DNA of 64,000 nucleotides from Oikopleura dioica (Eukaryota > Animalia > Chordata), in the NCBI GenBank assembly GCA_907165135.1, contig OU015568.1, positions 12,276,001 through 12,340,000 of the forward strand, written 5' to 3'. The notes beneath the pieces are model-generated. The model worked only from the letters and a program-made list of their open reading frames with translations. It was not told where the DNA came from and made no database searches. Below, in pieces: positions 12,655 to 23,733 of the stretch. Within the stretch, counting starts at the first letter, position 1; each line of letters begins with the position of its first letter. Both the position numbers and the translations under genes were made by a program.

Positions 12655-15084
12655 ATGCTCACTTCAATAAATATGGTATTTACGAAGATTCTAGCGTTCG
12701 CTGATGTGAAACGACTGAACAGACAAGACTGGATTCGCTATCTCAAATCTCCGCGTTGCATTTTCGCTCTCATCCTCACTTTCTGCATCCTTTCCATCAC
12801 ATTCACGCATGTTCCAGGACAATCGTTCTTCTGGACTAGGTAAAAACCCTTCAAGGAAAAATGTTCTTATTTGATGTCATTCTAGCGAAACAACAAAATG
12901 CTCGAGCAAATTCGTCGAAAAATACACTTCTTTGGAGCAAATTGGCGCGATAAAAATCTTCAAAGATTTTGAATCTCCTGATGTTGAGAAAAACTCGGAT
13001 GTGATCCTCGGTAATGGACATGTGATGCTGTCAGCGTTCGATCCTACGGATGTCTCTATTACATACCAGGCTTGGATTCGAAAATATTCGAAAATAATAA
13101 TAATTTAAAATCGTCAATTTTGAATTCAATAAAGGACAACCGCCACGTGATACCCTTCGATATGAGCTGGGACATCGAAATTGAAAATAGCAAAGAAAGG
13201 CTGGGAAACGCTTACATCGACTACAGAACTGGAGTTTTGACGAAGTCAACTTGCCACGGCGTTTTCGACAACTGCTTACATGTGTCTCATAAAATGCTGG
13301 TCCACAGATCGCAGCCGAATTTATTTCTTCAGGAAAGTGTTGAATTCTAAAGATGAATTTAAAAAACTTTTTGCAGGCAAAATTCTGACTTTGCCTTTTT
13401 CATAAAAAATTTTTAAACCCATAAAAACCTTAGTAGAGTCTTTAATAAGCTTTCATCTGAGCTATAGAACACTCCGTAATTCTTTCGGAAAGGCTATTAA
13501 AAATAGACTCAAAGTTTTGCCTTTTTGGGACCTTCTGACGTCATTTGTGACGTCATTCTCTAGAAAATTTCGAAAACGATTTGGTCGAATCGACTCAAAA
13601 TTTTACGGGCTTTCATGAGGGCAGAAAATCCGGCCAGGTCAGAAATTTGCCTGCAAAAAGTTTTTAAATTCATCAAAGATATATATTTTTCCGAAAAAAT
13701 TAAAATACCCCAAAAAAGACGATGCGTTTCACCTGGACTGGCTTCCATCTACACGAAGTCGAAATTCTCATCAATCCTCCAACTCCAAAGTCGACAATTA
13801 AAAATGTCAAAACAACGGAGAAAACTGAAGAATACACCTACAGAATAGCATCAGGATTGTACGCTGCTATCATCACCGAGATTCTGCCGGAATCATTTTT
13901 GCTGAAGGGAGACGAGAAAACGAAGCTATTGAGCCAGAAGATTGTGTTTGGAATGGCGAAAACGAGCGAATCTGCGTTGGAAGTGGCGAGAAAGAATATG
14001 AAGGCGGCGCAAGAACAGTCTGATTTGAAGCTGATAGAAGATCACGAACAAGCATGGAAGGATCTTCTTCATACAGGCATTCACTTAGACCCCGATGACC
14101 CGGATCCACATCATATCATTCCTCGGGCGCAGCTCGTCAATTCTACGGTTCATTCTATCATGGCCGTCACGCCTAGCAAAACGCAATCGCAAGCTCTCGG
14201 AGAAGACTATCAGCTGATTCCAAACGCTCCAATTATGACCCCAGATTACTGCTACAACGGAGTAGCAACGCTTCACTCAAACTCGCTGTGGAAGGACGTT
14301 TTGACCATTGATGAAGCTTTTGCCCTGCGAGATTCTTGGCAATTGACGCTCAAGAATCACGGCTGCAGCGGCCTTGTTTATGTAAGCACTTATTTCACTC
14401 ACATAATTTCATTTTTCATATAGGCTGGAGCAGAAGGCCTTCTACAAGCAATGGTCCTGAGCTTCGCGGGACTTCAATTTACATCAGAACACCTAGCGCT
14501 TGGAACTGACCCTGAAGTTCTTCACAACGAAATCGGCCTCTCTAATATTCGCTACAAAAACTCTTCCATCGACATTTATCTCATCAAAGAAGACGGAATA
14601 GAACTGCCGGAAATTCACGTCACTGCCAGAAAATTGTCTAAATTTGCCGAGAAAATCTACGCTTGCGAGGTAGCCAGAACTCTTTTGTAACTCTTATGAA
14701 TTTATCATTTTAGGCTGGTTGTATGCTACAGATAGAGCCAATATCAGCTGAAGACATGAAGTTTCCAATTTTTGTTACGAAGCCCGCAACGCCAATTTTG
14801 TATATTTCTCACTCGAGGGAACATCTCGATCTTCTTCAACACACTCTTCATGTAGAAAGCAAAATCTCCCACGCTGAACACTATTCTTCCCATTCTTCTG
14901 GCATTTCTGTTTATTTCTGGTAAGCAGATCATTTATAGTCTAATTTATGAATCGATTTAGGTACTTCTTCGGTGCATTTTTCTTCCTGTTCCATTTTTGT
15001 CTCATTCGCCTGGTGCTGAAAGAATACTGGAGTTGGGGGAGCACGCCGCAGCAATATTCATATCGTTTCAGACTTCAACCTTAG
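12655..15084 (+). CDS. KIAA2013: KIAA2013 homolog (membrane-anchored protein), multi-exon
   Basis: Motifs VHRSQPNLFLQ, LIEDHEQAWKDLLHTG, YCYNGVATLHSNSLW, WQLTLKNHGCSGLV, MVLSFAGLQFTSEHL...DPEVLHN, TPILYISH and a C-terminal TM (FLFHFCLIRLVLKEY) match KIAA2013. The start could be 12655 or 12673. Confidence 0.92.
13352..13674. mobile_element. Intronic MITE with ~38-bp TIRs carrying two TGACGTCA sites
   Basis: GATGAATTTAAAAAACTTTTTGCAGGCAAAATTCTGAC at 13352 is inverted at about 13638-13674; AAA flanks both ends; lies in a KIAA2013 intron. Confidence 0.7.
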
Positions 15085-15306
15085 TTCAATACTGACCATT
15101 TTAATATTTATTACTTTCTGTCGCTGCTTCATACCAATAAAATTTCCATTCAATATTCACAAGCCAAATTGCAGTGTCTACATTTGCAATTTGATCGGCC
15201 AATGTTAGTAGCTCAAGATTAGTACTAATCTTCTTTTTGTGTCCTCAAGGCGTTTACCGGTACGGCCGCGCGCGACGATGTTTCATCCTTCTTTCATTCA
15301 ATCAAA

Positions 15307-16116
15307 ATGAGAGCAGTTTGTCTTCTCAATTTATTGAGCCTGTCTTTCGCTAATGAAGATAAGCCGCAATTTGGAAAGATCTACGAATCCGTCTGGCTCG
15401 AGATCGAAGTCGACGGATACCCAAGAGGAAAGTTCCATGTCGGGCTATTTAGAGACATCGTTCCAAGAACCACGAAGAATTTCAAGAAGCTAGCATTGAG
15501 TGATGCTTATCCTTCGTACAAAGGCACCATTTTTCATCGTGTTTCGAACTGGATGATACAGGGCGGAGATGTCGAATACAAAGACGGGGTTGGCGGCGTT
15601 TCAATTTATGGAAAGACATTTGATGATGAAAATTTCGACATCGGTCATTATCGAAAAGGTTTGAAAAGCATCAGTTCTTCTTTATCTCTATTCAAAAGGA
15701 TACGTCGCTATGAGCAATTCGGGGCCGAACACGAACGCGAGCCAATTCTATATCATTACGAAAAGATGCTCTCATCTGGATGGAGAATTTGTCGTTTTTG
15801 GCAAAATCATTGAGGGCTGGGAAGTTATCAAGCAGCTACAGGAAGAGCCAGTTAATGACGAGGATGACTATCCCGATAGAAAGATAAAGGTCGTCGCAGC
15901 TGGAGTCAAGGAAAGTTTCGGACAAATCTCGAGACTCTTGTCTTTTTGAAAGTATTTCTACGGTCTCTAAAACTCTGAAAGCGCTTGTTAAACCCTTTGA
16001 TCGTGAACTTTCAAGAGGATTTCATGGAATCAATGCAGGAAGACAAACCCGAAAAGAAAGAAGAGCTCCCAGATGGTGTTGTGACTGAAGATGAGCTTCG
16101 AAAATTAGAACTTTAA
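15307..16116 (+). CDS. Secretory-pathway cyclophilin (PPIB/PPIC-like)
   Basis: Signal peptide, then [60 protein letters not shown]. The last-exon frame is ambiguous (ends at 16087 or 16116). Confidence 0.9.
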
Positions 16117-16139
16117 AACAGATAAATAGAAAAAATTAT

Positions 16140-16595
16140 TCAATTCATGCACGGACAATCTTTCGTACAGACAAAGTTTTCGATGTTGCATTTGTAGTGA
16201 CAGTCCAGCCGCGGTTCTTTGCAGCCGTCCAAGCAATTGGCCATAGAATTAACGCAAGAGCTGTGGCAAGTTTTCGCTTCTTCATCGTCGCAGGCAGCTG
16301 GACAGAATTCGTGCTCAGGGCATTGCGAGCATCCGTCAAAGCAAAAGTCGTAGCAAGGACAGTGATCGATGCAGTCTAAGTTCGCATAATAACACTCGAA
16401 AATCTCATCAGTGTTCTCTATGGTGTCCAATCCGTCGACGCACTGGTCGAAAACATCGTTGCAATTGGTGACGCAGACGACGCCTTCAGCTGCGCTATCG
16501 CAGTTGAAGTTGTATCTGAACTCCAGTGCTGGCCAGCTGATAGGTTTCTCTGACAGCGAAAGGGCAAATTCAAGATAACAAATAATAAGCTTCAT
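16140..16595 (-). CDS. Small secreted cysteine-rich protein with two CxxxC...CPC repeats
   Basis: 151-aa single ORF with a hydrophobic N-terminus and >20 Cys in two repeated blocks, each ending CPC. Confidence 0.75.
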   Translation of the reverse strand: MKLIICYLEFALSLSEKPISWPALEFRYNFNCDSAAEGVVCVTNCNDVFDQCVDGLDTIENTDEIFECYYANLDCIDHCPCYDFCFDGCSQCPEHEFCPAACDDEEAKTCHSSCVNSMANCLDGCKEPRLDCHYKCNIENFVCTKDCPCMN

Positions 16596-16833
16596 TTTAC
16601 GAATTTCTAGCTAATCAGGTGAGACAAACTAAAGAATTCTTAGTCAGATGCTTCTGCTCTCATAGAATTACAACGCCAGTTTCAGTATATTATATTCTGC
16701 TTGAAGATGGGAGGGGGTCGAAACTATTCTTTTTGACAATATCAGAAAGGTCAATGCAGAAAGCAAAACACGGTCATCATTTGATCATATAATTTATAAA
16801 ATACAAAAGAGAATATGCAGAAATTATATAAAT

Positions 16834-18343
16834 CTAGTGCTTGTATCGACGATTTCCAGCTGGTATTTCTTGGTTGATTGCGATAACTTCGTTTGGTTTT
16901 GCATCGTGAGAGAACTCTGAGTAAGGATGCCCCACGAGAAAAACTGGATGCTCTTGAAGATGTATTCTAGTGACGCCTTTGTAATTTGCTCGTGAATCTA
17001 AGTCCCAAATGTTTAGACACCAGCACAGACGAAGATAGTCGTCGAGGTCATTTTTTGAATCTATAAGTGTTTAAAATGCAGAAGAATTTAATCAATTACC
17101 TTGCTTGAAATAAATTTTGAATGAAGTGCTCCTGTTTGATTTCGATAACCTTTCAAAATATGGAACTTTCTTCGTTCCAGGCGCGCATTTGAGCTCTGAC
17201 GGGGGTAGAACTTCACTAGAATCTATCATCGCTCGAAGAATTTCTTCATTTTTATCGACGGAGAGATTTTCTAAAGGAGTGTATTCGATTCTTCCAACCT
17301 TTTCAGCTTCTTTGAAAATCGCATGATTCCTAAAGTAGAGCCCCTGCATTTTCGAATTGACATTCAATCCATCTTCCCCAAAGTGAAATGTCCTTGAAAT
17401 GTCTGGAATGAGACATTGTCGGCCTCTTCGCTGAGCAGGCTGTCGCATCCAAATGTCCCAATCAGTGAATCGTTCTTTCGGTAGCCACTTCGGAAGGAGC
17501 TCGTTGATGATCTTTCTACTCGTCGCCCAGCCAAGACCTGGCATTCCTTCGATTCTATAAACATTTTCTGGCGAGAAGACAGCGTGCTCCATTCCATGAT
17601 CATTCCACGCGGAAATGCAATACAGATCTTCGTCATTTTCCAACAATGGCATGAGATGCTCAAAGTAATAGAAAAAGTCTGGCGCAACTTGGAGGTCATC
17701 TTCAAGAATGATAATATTTGGAGCTTCGGGATAGAGAACATTCATGACGTGTTCTAGCGCACGGCGATAATGTCGCGAAACACGGGCGGACTTGGTGCCC
17801 TCGGACTTGGACTGAAACGAGCGGATTCCAAACAAAGTTGCAACAGCTTCTGTTTCTGAGTACGATCCATCAATGGAGACGACGATGTTTTCTTCGTTCA
17901 CTCCGTGCGCTGAAAAATAGCGATGTGTATTTTAGCAAGGGCTTACCAAGAAGAAGATGGTAAATACAACGAAGGAGGTATTTCGGACGATCAGCAGCGA
18001 TGATAAGAATAGGAGTATTTACAAGACCTTGGAGGGGCTCCACGGGGTTTTCGTACGTAATCGCCATCGGGTTTTTACAAGCGCAGACATTCCGAAAGAG
18101 TTCTTTGAATCGAGGGTAAGTAACTATTGATCATTTTTGATTGTAATTCTTACCCGATAGATGTTCGCTTTTGCAGAACTGAGCTCGCCGCAGGGCATCT
18201 TCGCCGGTCCAGGAACATTTCTCTGGCCCAGAATTTCTCTCGAGAGTCCCTAATTTGCGTGAAAGAAGCCAAACGACGAATAGATAAAACCCTGCTGCCG
18301 CCGGAATTACCAACAAAAGTTTAGGGACTGTTCGCAGCGCCAT
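16834..18343 (-). CDS. POMGNT1: POMGNT1-like GT13 glycosyltransferase lacking the lectin stem
   Basis: Type II TM, RRAQFC...VCACKNP, then PILIIAADRPKYL, ARVSRHY, LEDD, LYCISAWNDHG, MPGLGW, DWDIWMR, PDISRTFHFG..GLN and IWDLDSRANYKG. These diagnostics fit POMGNT1 better than MGAT1. Confidence 0.85.
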
Positions 18344-18527
18344 TCATGCTTATTACGTTGTACTTTTTGACATTTATATTTTTCCGAGGAATCTCGCGTA
18401 AACGATTCTAGGCGGTAAAACGGTCGTTAGGGTTAATGACAGGCGTGGGCGTGGGCGTTATCACTAGCGGTTCGGAGCTCGGCGTGACGCCTACGATCAC
18501 TAGTATTTTATCACTACTCGTCGTCAC

Positions 18528-18609
18528 GGCAAAGTGGCCGAGTGGTCTAAGGCGCTGGATTTAGGCTCCAGTCTCTCCGGGGGCGTGGGTTCGAATCCCA
18601 CCTTTGTCA
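18528..18609 (+). tRNA. tRNA-Leu (anticodon UAG)
   Basis: GGCAAAG/CTTTGTC acceptor stem, A box TGGCCGAGTGG, anticodon arm CTGGA-TTTAGGC-TCCAG, long variable arm, GTTCGAATC B box. Confidence 0.97.
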
Positions 18610-18871
18610 AGCATTTTGTTAAGTAAGTACTGTGTAGGTACTGTCTCTATTTGCGGTAATCAACAGATATGACATTTTTAGTTTATATTTTATGTAATTT
18701 TGCTGGTAAAAAGCTCTTTTCATTCAATATGAGAAGAGAAAACAGTCAGATTGAAGAATTGAGATGGCGGGACAGGCGAAAAAGAGCGCAAAAAGGTTGA
18801 AATTGTTGAAGAATTGAAGGTGGCAGTTTACTGACATTTCAGAAAATTAACAGAGCTGTCGGAGTAGCTAA

Positions 18872-19486
18872 TTAGACCTGCTCAATGTGGTCGAAAACTC
18901 CCATGATGTCTTCCAAAGGATTCTCCATCTTTGTCGGCTGGTTGAAGTTGTTGGAGAGCTCGAAGTAGTTCTCAAAGTTGGCAGCGGCATCGCTGGCGTC
19001 TTCGTTCATCAGAATATCTGAGAAGTTGAACTCGACACTGAGCTCATTTGTTCTACGGGCGGGCGAGTTGAAGTCATTGTTCGAGTCGTCCGAGTGGAAG
19101 AAGGAGTCCGGGCTGAACTGGACGCTCTCGGAGAGTGGCGGTGTGAGCGGCACTTGCATGTCGACATGCTCTTGTGGCATTTGAAGACAGTTTTCAAAGC
19201 CATTTTCCATTTGAGCATGTTGCTGCGGTGGGGAAGGGGTCGCGGTCTGGTACATGTCAGATTGACCGTTCAGCTGGCGGTAGAGATTTTCCAAGTATTG
19301 AATCCGTTGAAGGGCCACCATCAGCACTTTCGCCTTTGTTGGTGCCTTAGTCTCCGGCATGATCATCAGTCGTAGGTCCTCGATGCAATTGTTGAGCTTT
19401 TCCATCCGGCGCTTTTCTCTGGCGGTTGCCATCTTTCGCTTGGCTTGCTGGCGGTCTTTCATTTCAACTCGCTCGTAGTGATCCAT
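18872..19486 (-). CDS. bHLH transcription factor, MyoD/MRF-like, intronless
   Basis: RKMATAREKRRMEKLNNCIEDLRLMI...TKAKVLMVALQRIQYLE is a bHLH domain with the AT..K myogenic-code residues. ATG at 19486 chosen over the longer TTG/GTG-type track ORF. Confidence 0.8.
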   Translation of the reverse strand: MDHYERVEMKDRQQAKRKMATAREKRRMEKLNNCIEDLRLMIMPETKAPTKAKVLMVALQRIQYLENLYRQLNGQSDMYQTATPSPPQQHAQMENGFENCLQMPQEHVDMQVPLTPPLSESVQFSPDSFFHSDDSNNDFNSPARRTNELSVEFNFSDILMNEDASDAAANFENYFELSNNFNQPTKMENPLEDIMGVFDHIEQV

Positions 19487-20247
19487 TTTGTAGTTGTTGT
19501 TGTTTTGTTGATTGTAGAAGAGAATGTTGTGATGGTAGCGAGCCTCTGCCAGAATATATGGAGAGCAACAGAAGCGCCATCTCGCGACTGAGTCTCCAGA
19601 GGTGCAGGCGCGATCACCTGCAGGAAGCACCGGTGGGTTCAGATCACGCCGATAAATTCTCGGTAAAGATTAGAGCGCGTTGCAAGAGATACCCAGTCAG
19701 CTGCGCGCTTTCATATTCGTACTTTTTTCAGAAATGCTTTCTTAGAAATTCAATCAACGACGGAGCTCAACATAAATTTATTTGGATGAAAGAAGAATAA
19801 AGTGTTTAACAAGATAAAGCTTAGGCATCAAGGACTTCCGGAATCAGGAATCGCAAATTCAAGAAGTTCGAGCTGAGGTGGCTCTGATTCGTAGTTGCCA
19901 ATTATTTCTTGCATTTTTGAAATCAGGTACGCTTGTTGCTGCTTCTTTTGTTTCATCAATCTGATGTTCGCTACCTTGGATTTAAAACGTTTTTCCGCAA
20001 ATAAGATTTTTTAAAAATACAGTTTTGTTTTGAATCCATTTTTTGTTGATCATATTGTAATCGCTGCTTATCGAACTCCAAAGTTGGTCTGCTACTCGAT
20101 TGAGGTCTTGATACCCGAGAGAGCCTGTTTGCTAAACCACCTCTTCCTGGTCGATAGGGAGGTGCTCGCATGCTGCCGTACTTCGTAGTGATTTCGTTTA
20201 TGTCCGCTAACCTGTTCTTTGTTCAAGAGAAATTTTTAAGACGTTTG

Positions 20248-20521
20248 TTAAATAAATGAACAATTCCTTTTTTCGATAATCTCTCGCTGCTTCTCGTAAA
20301 AATCGACGATTGTTGATAGTTGCTGCAATAACTTATGAATTCTGTGGATTCTCTGAACCTTTACCTCATACACTTTGATGTGGTCTTTCAATCCGATGTA
20401 GTTCTGCAACTCGTAAAGCTCAATTTTCTGGAAAACCTCGCGGGCGTCCTTGTCTTGCTGCTTTTCCGAGATACAAATGTGGCTAACATCTGTATGACTG
20501 AGCATGACTTCAATTGCGTTC
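20248..20521 (-). CDS. Small hypothetical helical protein
   Basis: Open ORF with protein-like amphipathic composition (MNAIEVMLSH...EKQREIIEK); no motif recognised. Confidence 0.35.
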
Positions 20522-21056
20522 ATTTTTTGAAAATAGTGTCTCTTTGATGGCATTTTCTGGCGAGAACTGCCCCCAACAAAACCCATCTAGAACTAAACTG
20601 CAAGATGCATCTTTCAAGGCATGCTTTGTTATGAAAGTCTACCAGACACTTTGCCAAACTGAACGAGAACGACAGCTGCCAACGCAAAAACGGAGCTTGA
20701 AGAATCAAGGACAAAGATGGCATTTGCGCTGCTTAGACCAAGAGATTACTCCTCGTAAAACTCAAGTCCAAACAAATTTTTGCTCTAAAATTCCTACGAA
20801 GAGAAATGAGGCTGATACGAAATCTTCCAAAGAACTGGGTCATTCATTTGTCGCTTTTTATTATTCTCACGTGGAACATGTGGATGAAATATCAAGACGG
20901 AAGACTTCATCCTCAGTTTATTCTTTTCGGAGGAATCATTATTGCTAGAAAACTTCAGCTTTTGCTTCAATAAAACAAAAATAAACTTGACAAATATCTT
21001 TAAATGATATGTTTCACATTTATTTAACCAAAAGAGTCTGATCAGGAATGAAAGTT

Positions 21057-21427
21057 TCAGCGATTCCAAGATGGAGGATCATCTGAAGAAATGATGTGGA
21101 GTTTATTGTTATTATTCGGCTATAAATATGAAATAACAAACCATCTCTTTTGGCGGGATCAGCTCGCTCAAGCTCTTGAAGAAAGAACGGTTCTGGGGAT
21201 CGTCCTAGTAACTCACATCTCGGACACTTTTTGTAATTTTGTCGGTAACATCGGCGTTTTCTAAACATGTAGTACAACTCTTCTACAGATCCAGCTTTGA
21301 ATGGTGCCACCTCCTTGAGTTTACCAATGCACAACTTGCATAAATTATGTTCACATTCTAATTCGAAGACCGGATTTTCATCAGTATCTGCGACCAAGCA
21401 TGTTTGACAGCAGATCTCGCCGGTCAT
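21057..21427 (-). CDS. RING-finger (C3HC4-like) protein
   Basis: CQTC...CEHNLCKLC...CPRC zinc-ligand pattern; one GT-AG intron leads to DDPPSWNR*. The 5' end is uncertain. Confidence 0.65.
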
Positions 21428-21558
21428 CTTTTTGCTCACAGATAGTGTCTATGAGCTCAAAATCAATCTTTTCGATTTCCTTGTCGAGTTCTAATTTTGA
21501 TTAGAAATTAGTGATCATTTTGTTATCGTCAATTTAGACTAAAACTTAATTTTGTTAA

Positions 21559-22244
21559 GGGGGTAGAAACAGCTTTTGCCAAAGATGGAATTTTAAAAAT
21601 TTTTTAAAGATTATGATAACCCAATGCATGAAAAATATAATTTTTATTAAAAACTATATTCTTACTATGTTGGAAAGCCTTTAAAATTGCCTTAAAAGTT
21701 GAAGTTTTGGCGCAAATTCGAGTTTTTCGAAATTTAGCGACAGTAAAAATCGTTTAATAAGGGGATAAACGCGAAAAGGGTAGATTTGCTTGGATCACAT
21801 GATCATCTTGAATAATTTTGGTAAGACGATAACTTAAGGGTATCACGAAAAAATGGTCTTTAAAACTCAAAATTTTGAAAATTTGAGACACAAGTTTCAA
21901 TCGGCCTCGCAACATTATCATTTTTCATGATTACGCAATTTCAATCATAGATGCTCCTAGAAAAAGGATTGAACTTTCTAAAAATGAGATTAGAAATTCT
22001 CGGTTAATCACATGACTCGAGATAATCGTGCTTGAAAATGGGCAAAAATCGGCATTTTCGACGAGATGGGTTGATGTTTCGCTCTCTACCGCTAAACTGG
22101 GTAAACAAAAATAATTTTAGAAACAGATGTTCTTAGATCTAAGATAAATCTAACGAAAGTCGAAGAGACAATTAAAAAATCTAATATTGGCTGAGCTTGG
22201 GCGCCGTTTAAAAATCGGCTTTTTCAAAAGCTGTTTCTACCACC
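21559..22244. mobile_element. Non-autonomous TIR element with TTAA TSD and GG...CC termini, Kolobok-like
   Basis: TTAA GGGGGTAGAAACAGCTTTTG ... CAAAAGCTGTTTCTACCACC TTAA; 19/20 match between the TIRs. Confidence 0.8.
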
Positions 22245-22650
22245 TTAATCACAGTCCCTTTGATCTTAATTTGAAGATCACATTTGTGCGCAGTTTTCCA
22301 TTTAGCTAGATTTTCGATCTCTTCTTCAATCGTCATCTTTTTCTGCATTATTTCGGACCTCTTGATCTCTTTCTTCTATATTTTAAGGTCACTTGTTTTC
22401 TTAATAATAGCTTCCAACCTTAGCGTTATCGATATTCCGTTCAATTTGGTCATACGCTTTCTCTGTAGCATCTAAATATGCTCCTCGTATTGTCGCGATG
22501 TCCAACATGTTCTTTCGACTTTACGATGGGACAATAAGTAAAAATAAAAAGAAAAGCGAATTGTTCTAGAGATTTTTGATACCTTCGCTCCACTAAAAAT
22601 TGCCGAAAAGATTCTTTATTTTCTCGAAATAGAAAACAGAAAAAGGGGTT

Positions 22651-23602
22651 CTCCACTTTGTATTGGCGCCTGAAATTTTGCAGGCAGAGATACGGGCAAG
22701 GTGTCAAGCTGTGCAAATAGGATGCAAGGGGCCCACCGACGAGCGCATCCTGCTGCGAACTCCTGCCGAAGCAGCTCCTAGCAGCAATTCTCGGCGTGAG
22801 CTGACTTGAGCCTGAGTAAACATAAACCAGGGCACATTGAGCTGCAAAATCGGATCAACCTCAGCCGTGGATGAGCTCCAAAGTTGCAGATATAGAGAAC
22901 AAAAATTTAAAATTCAATGAAAACTTGCCTCCTAGGGTAATTTTGGGCGTTGATTACGATTCTTGAGCCAGAAAATGCTCATATAATAGGTGGTATTTTT
23001 CAGATCCTAGAGGGCTAAAAGGGCAGTTACTATGAAAGCTCCTTTACATCCCTGTAAAAATATATTACTTTAAAACAAAATTTGATTTTCTCTCTCTTTT
23101 TTATCAGAATCATACGGCGGGCAGTATATTTAGCGAAAAATTCTGCCCGCATAACCCTTCAGGATCTGAGAAATACTTTTGAATATATGGGCAGTAATTT
23201 TCGCTCAATTTACTGCCCTTATAGCCCTCCAGGATCTGAAAAATACCACCTATTATATGAGCAGGATTTTTCGCTGAGTTTACTGCCCGTGTCTTATTTG
23301 TCATTAAAAGTCATTTCTGACTCAAGAATCGTAATCTACGATTTTAAATTTTTTTCTCTATATCTGCAACTTTGGTGCTCATCCACGGCTGAGGTTGATC
23401 CGATTTCGCAGCTCAATGTCCCCCGGTTTATGTTTACTCAGGCTCAAGTCAGTTCACGCCGAGAATTGCTGCTAGTAGCTGCTTCGGCAGGAGTTCGCAG
23501 CAGGATGCGCTCGTCGGTGGGCCTCTTGTATCCTATTTGCACAGCTTGACACCTTGCCCGTATCTCTGCCTGCAAAATTTCAGGCGCCAATACAAAGTGG
23601 AG
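22651..23602. mobile_element. Foldback element / long inverted repeat
   Basis: 22651-~22915 is the near-exact reverse complement of ~23340-23602. Further inverted segments and ~70-bp tandem subunits (GGATCTGA...TTTACTGCCC) lie inside. No clear TSD. Confidence 0.85.
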
Positions 23603-23695
23603 CCACCCACAGAAAAATAGTTTACTAATTTTTACAGTAGAATCTACAGGGTATCACATCGAGCAAGTGTTCGTTCGTACTTGTCCATGCAGTAA

Positions 23696-23733
23696 TCTGT
23701 CCAAGTTTCTGTCCAAGATCTGTCCAAGTTTCT
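23696..23733. repeat. Short tandem repeat, ~12-bp unit (TCTGTCCAAG(T/A)T) x3
   Basis: atctgtccaagtttctgtccaagatctgtccaagtttct read directly. Confidence 0.7.

Noticed and set aside
18872-19630. 252-aa version of the bHLH ORF
   Set aside because: It depends on a non-ATG start; the ATG at 19486, preceded by an A-rich context, is the more plausible start.
19830-20171. Possible small minus-strand gene upstream of the bHLH
   Set aside because: It needs an assumed non-canonical intron and has no motif support.
23082-23549. 155-aa ORF within the foldback element
   Set aside because: No transposase or other motif; it spans repeat subunits and is likely incidental.
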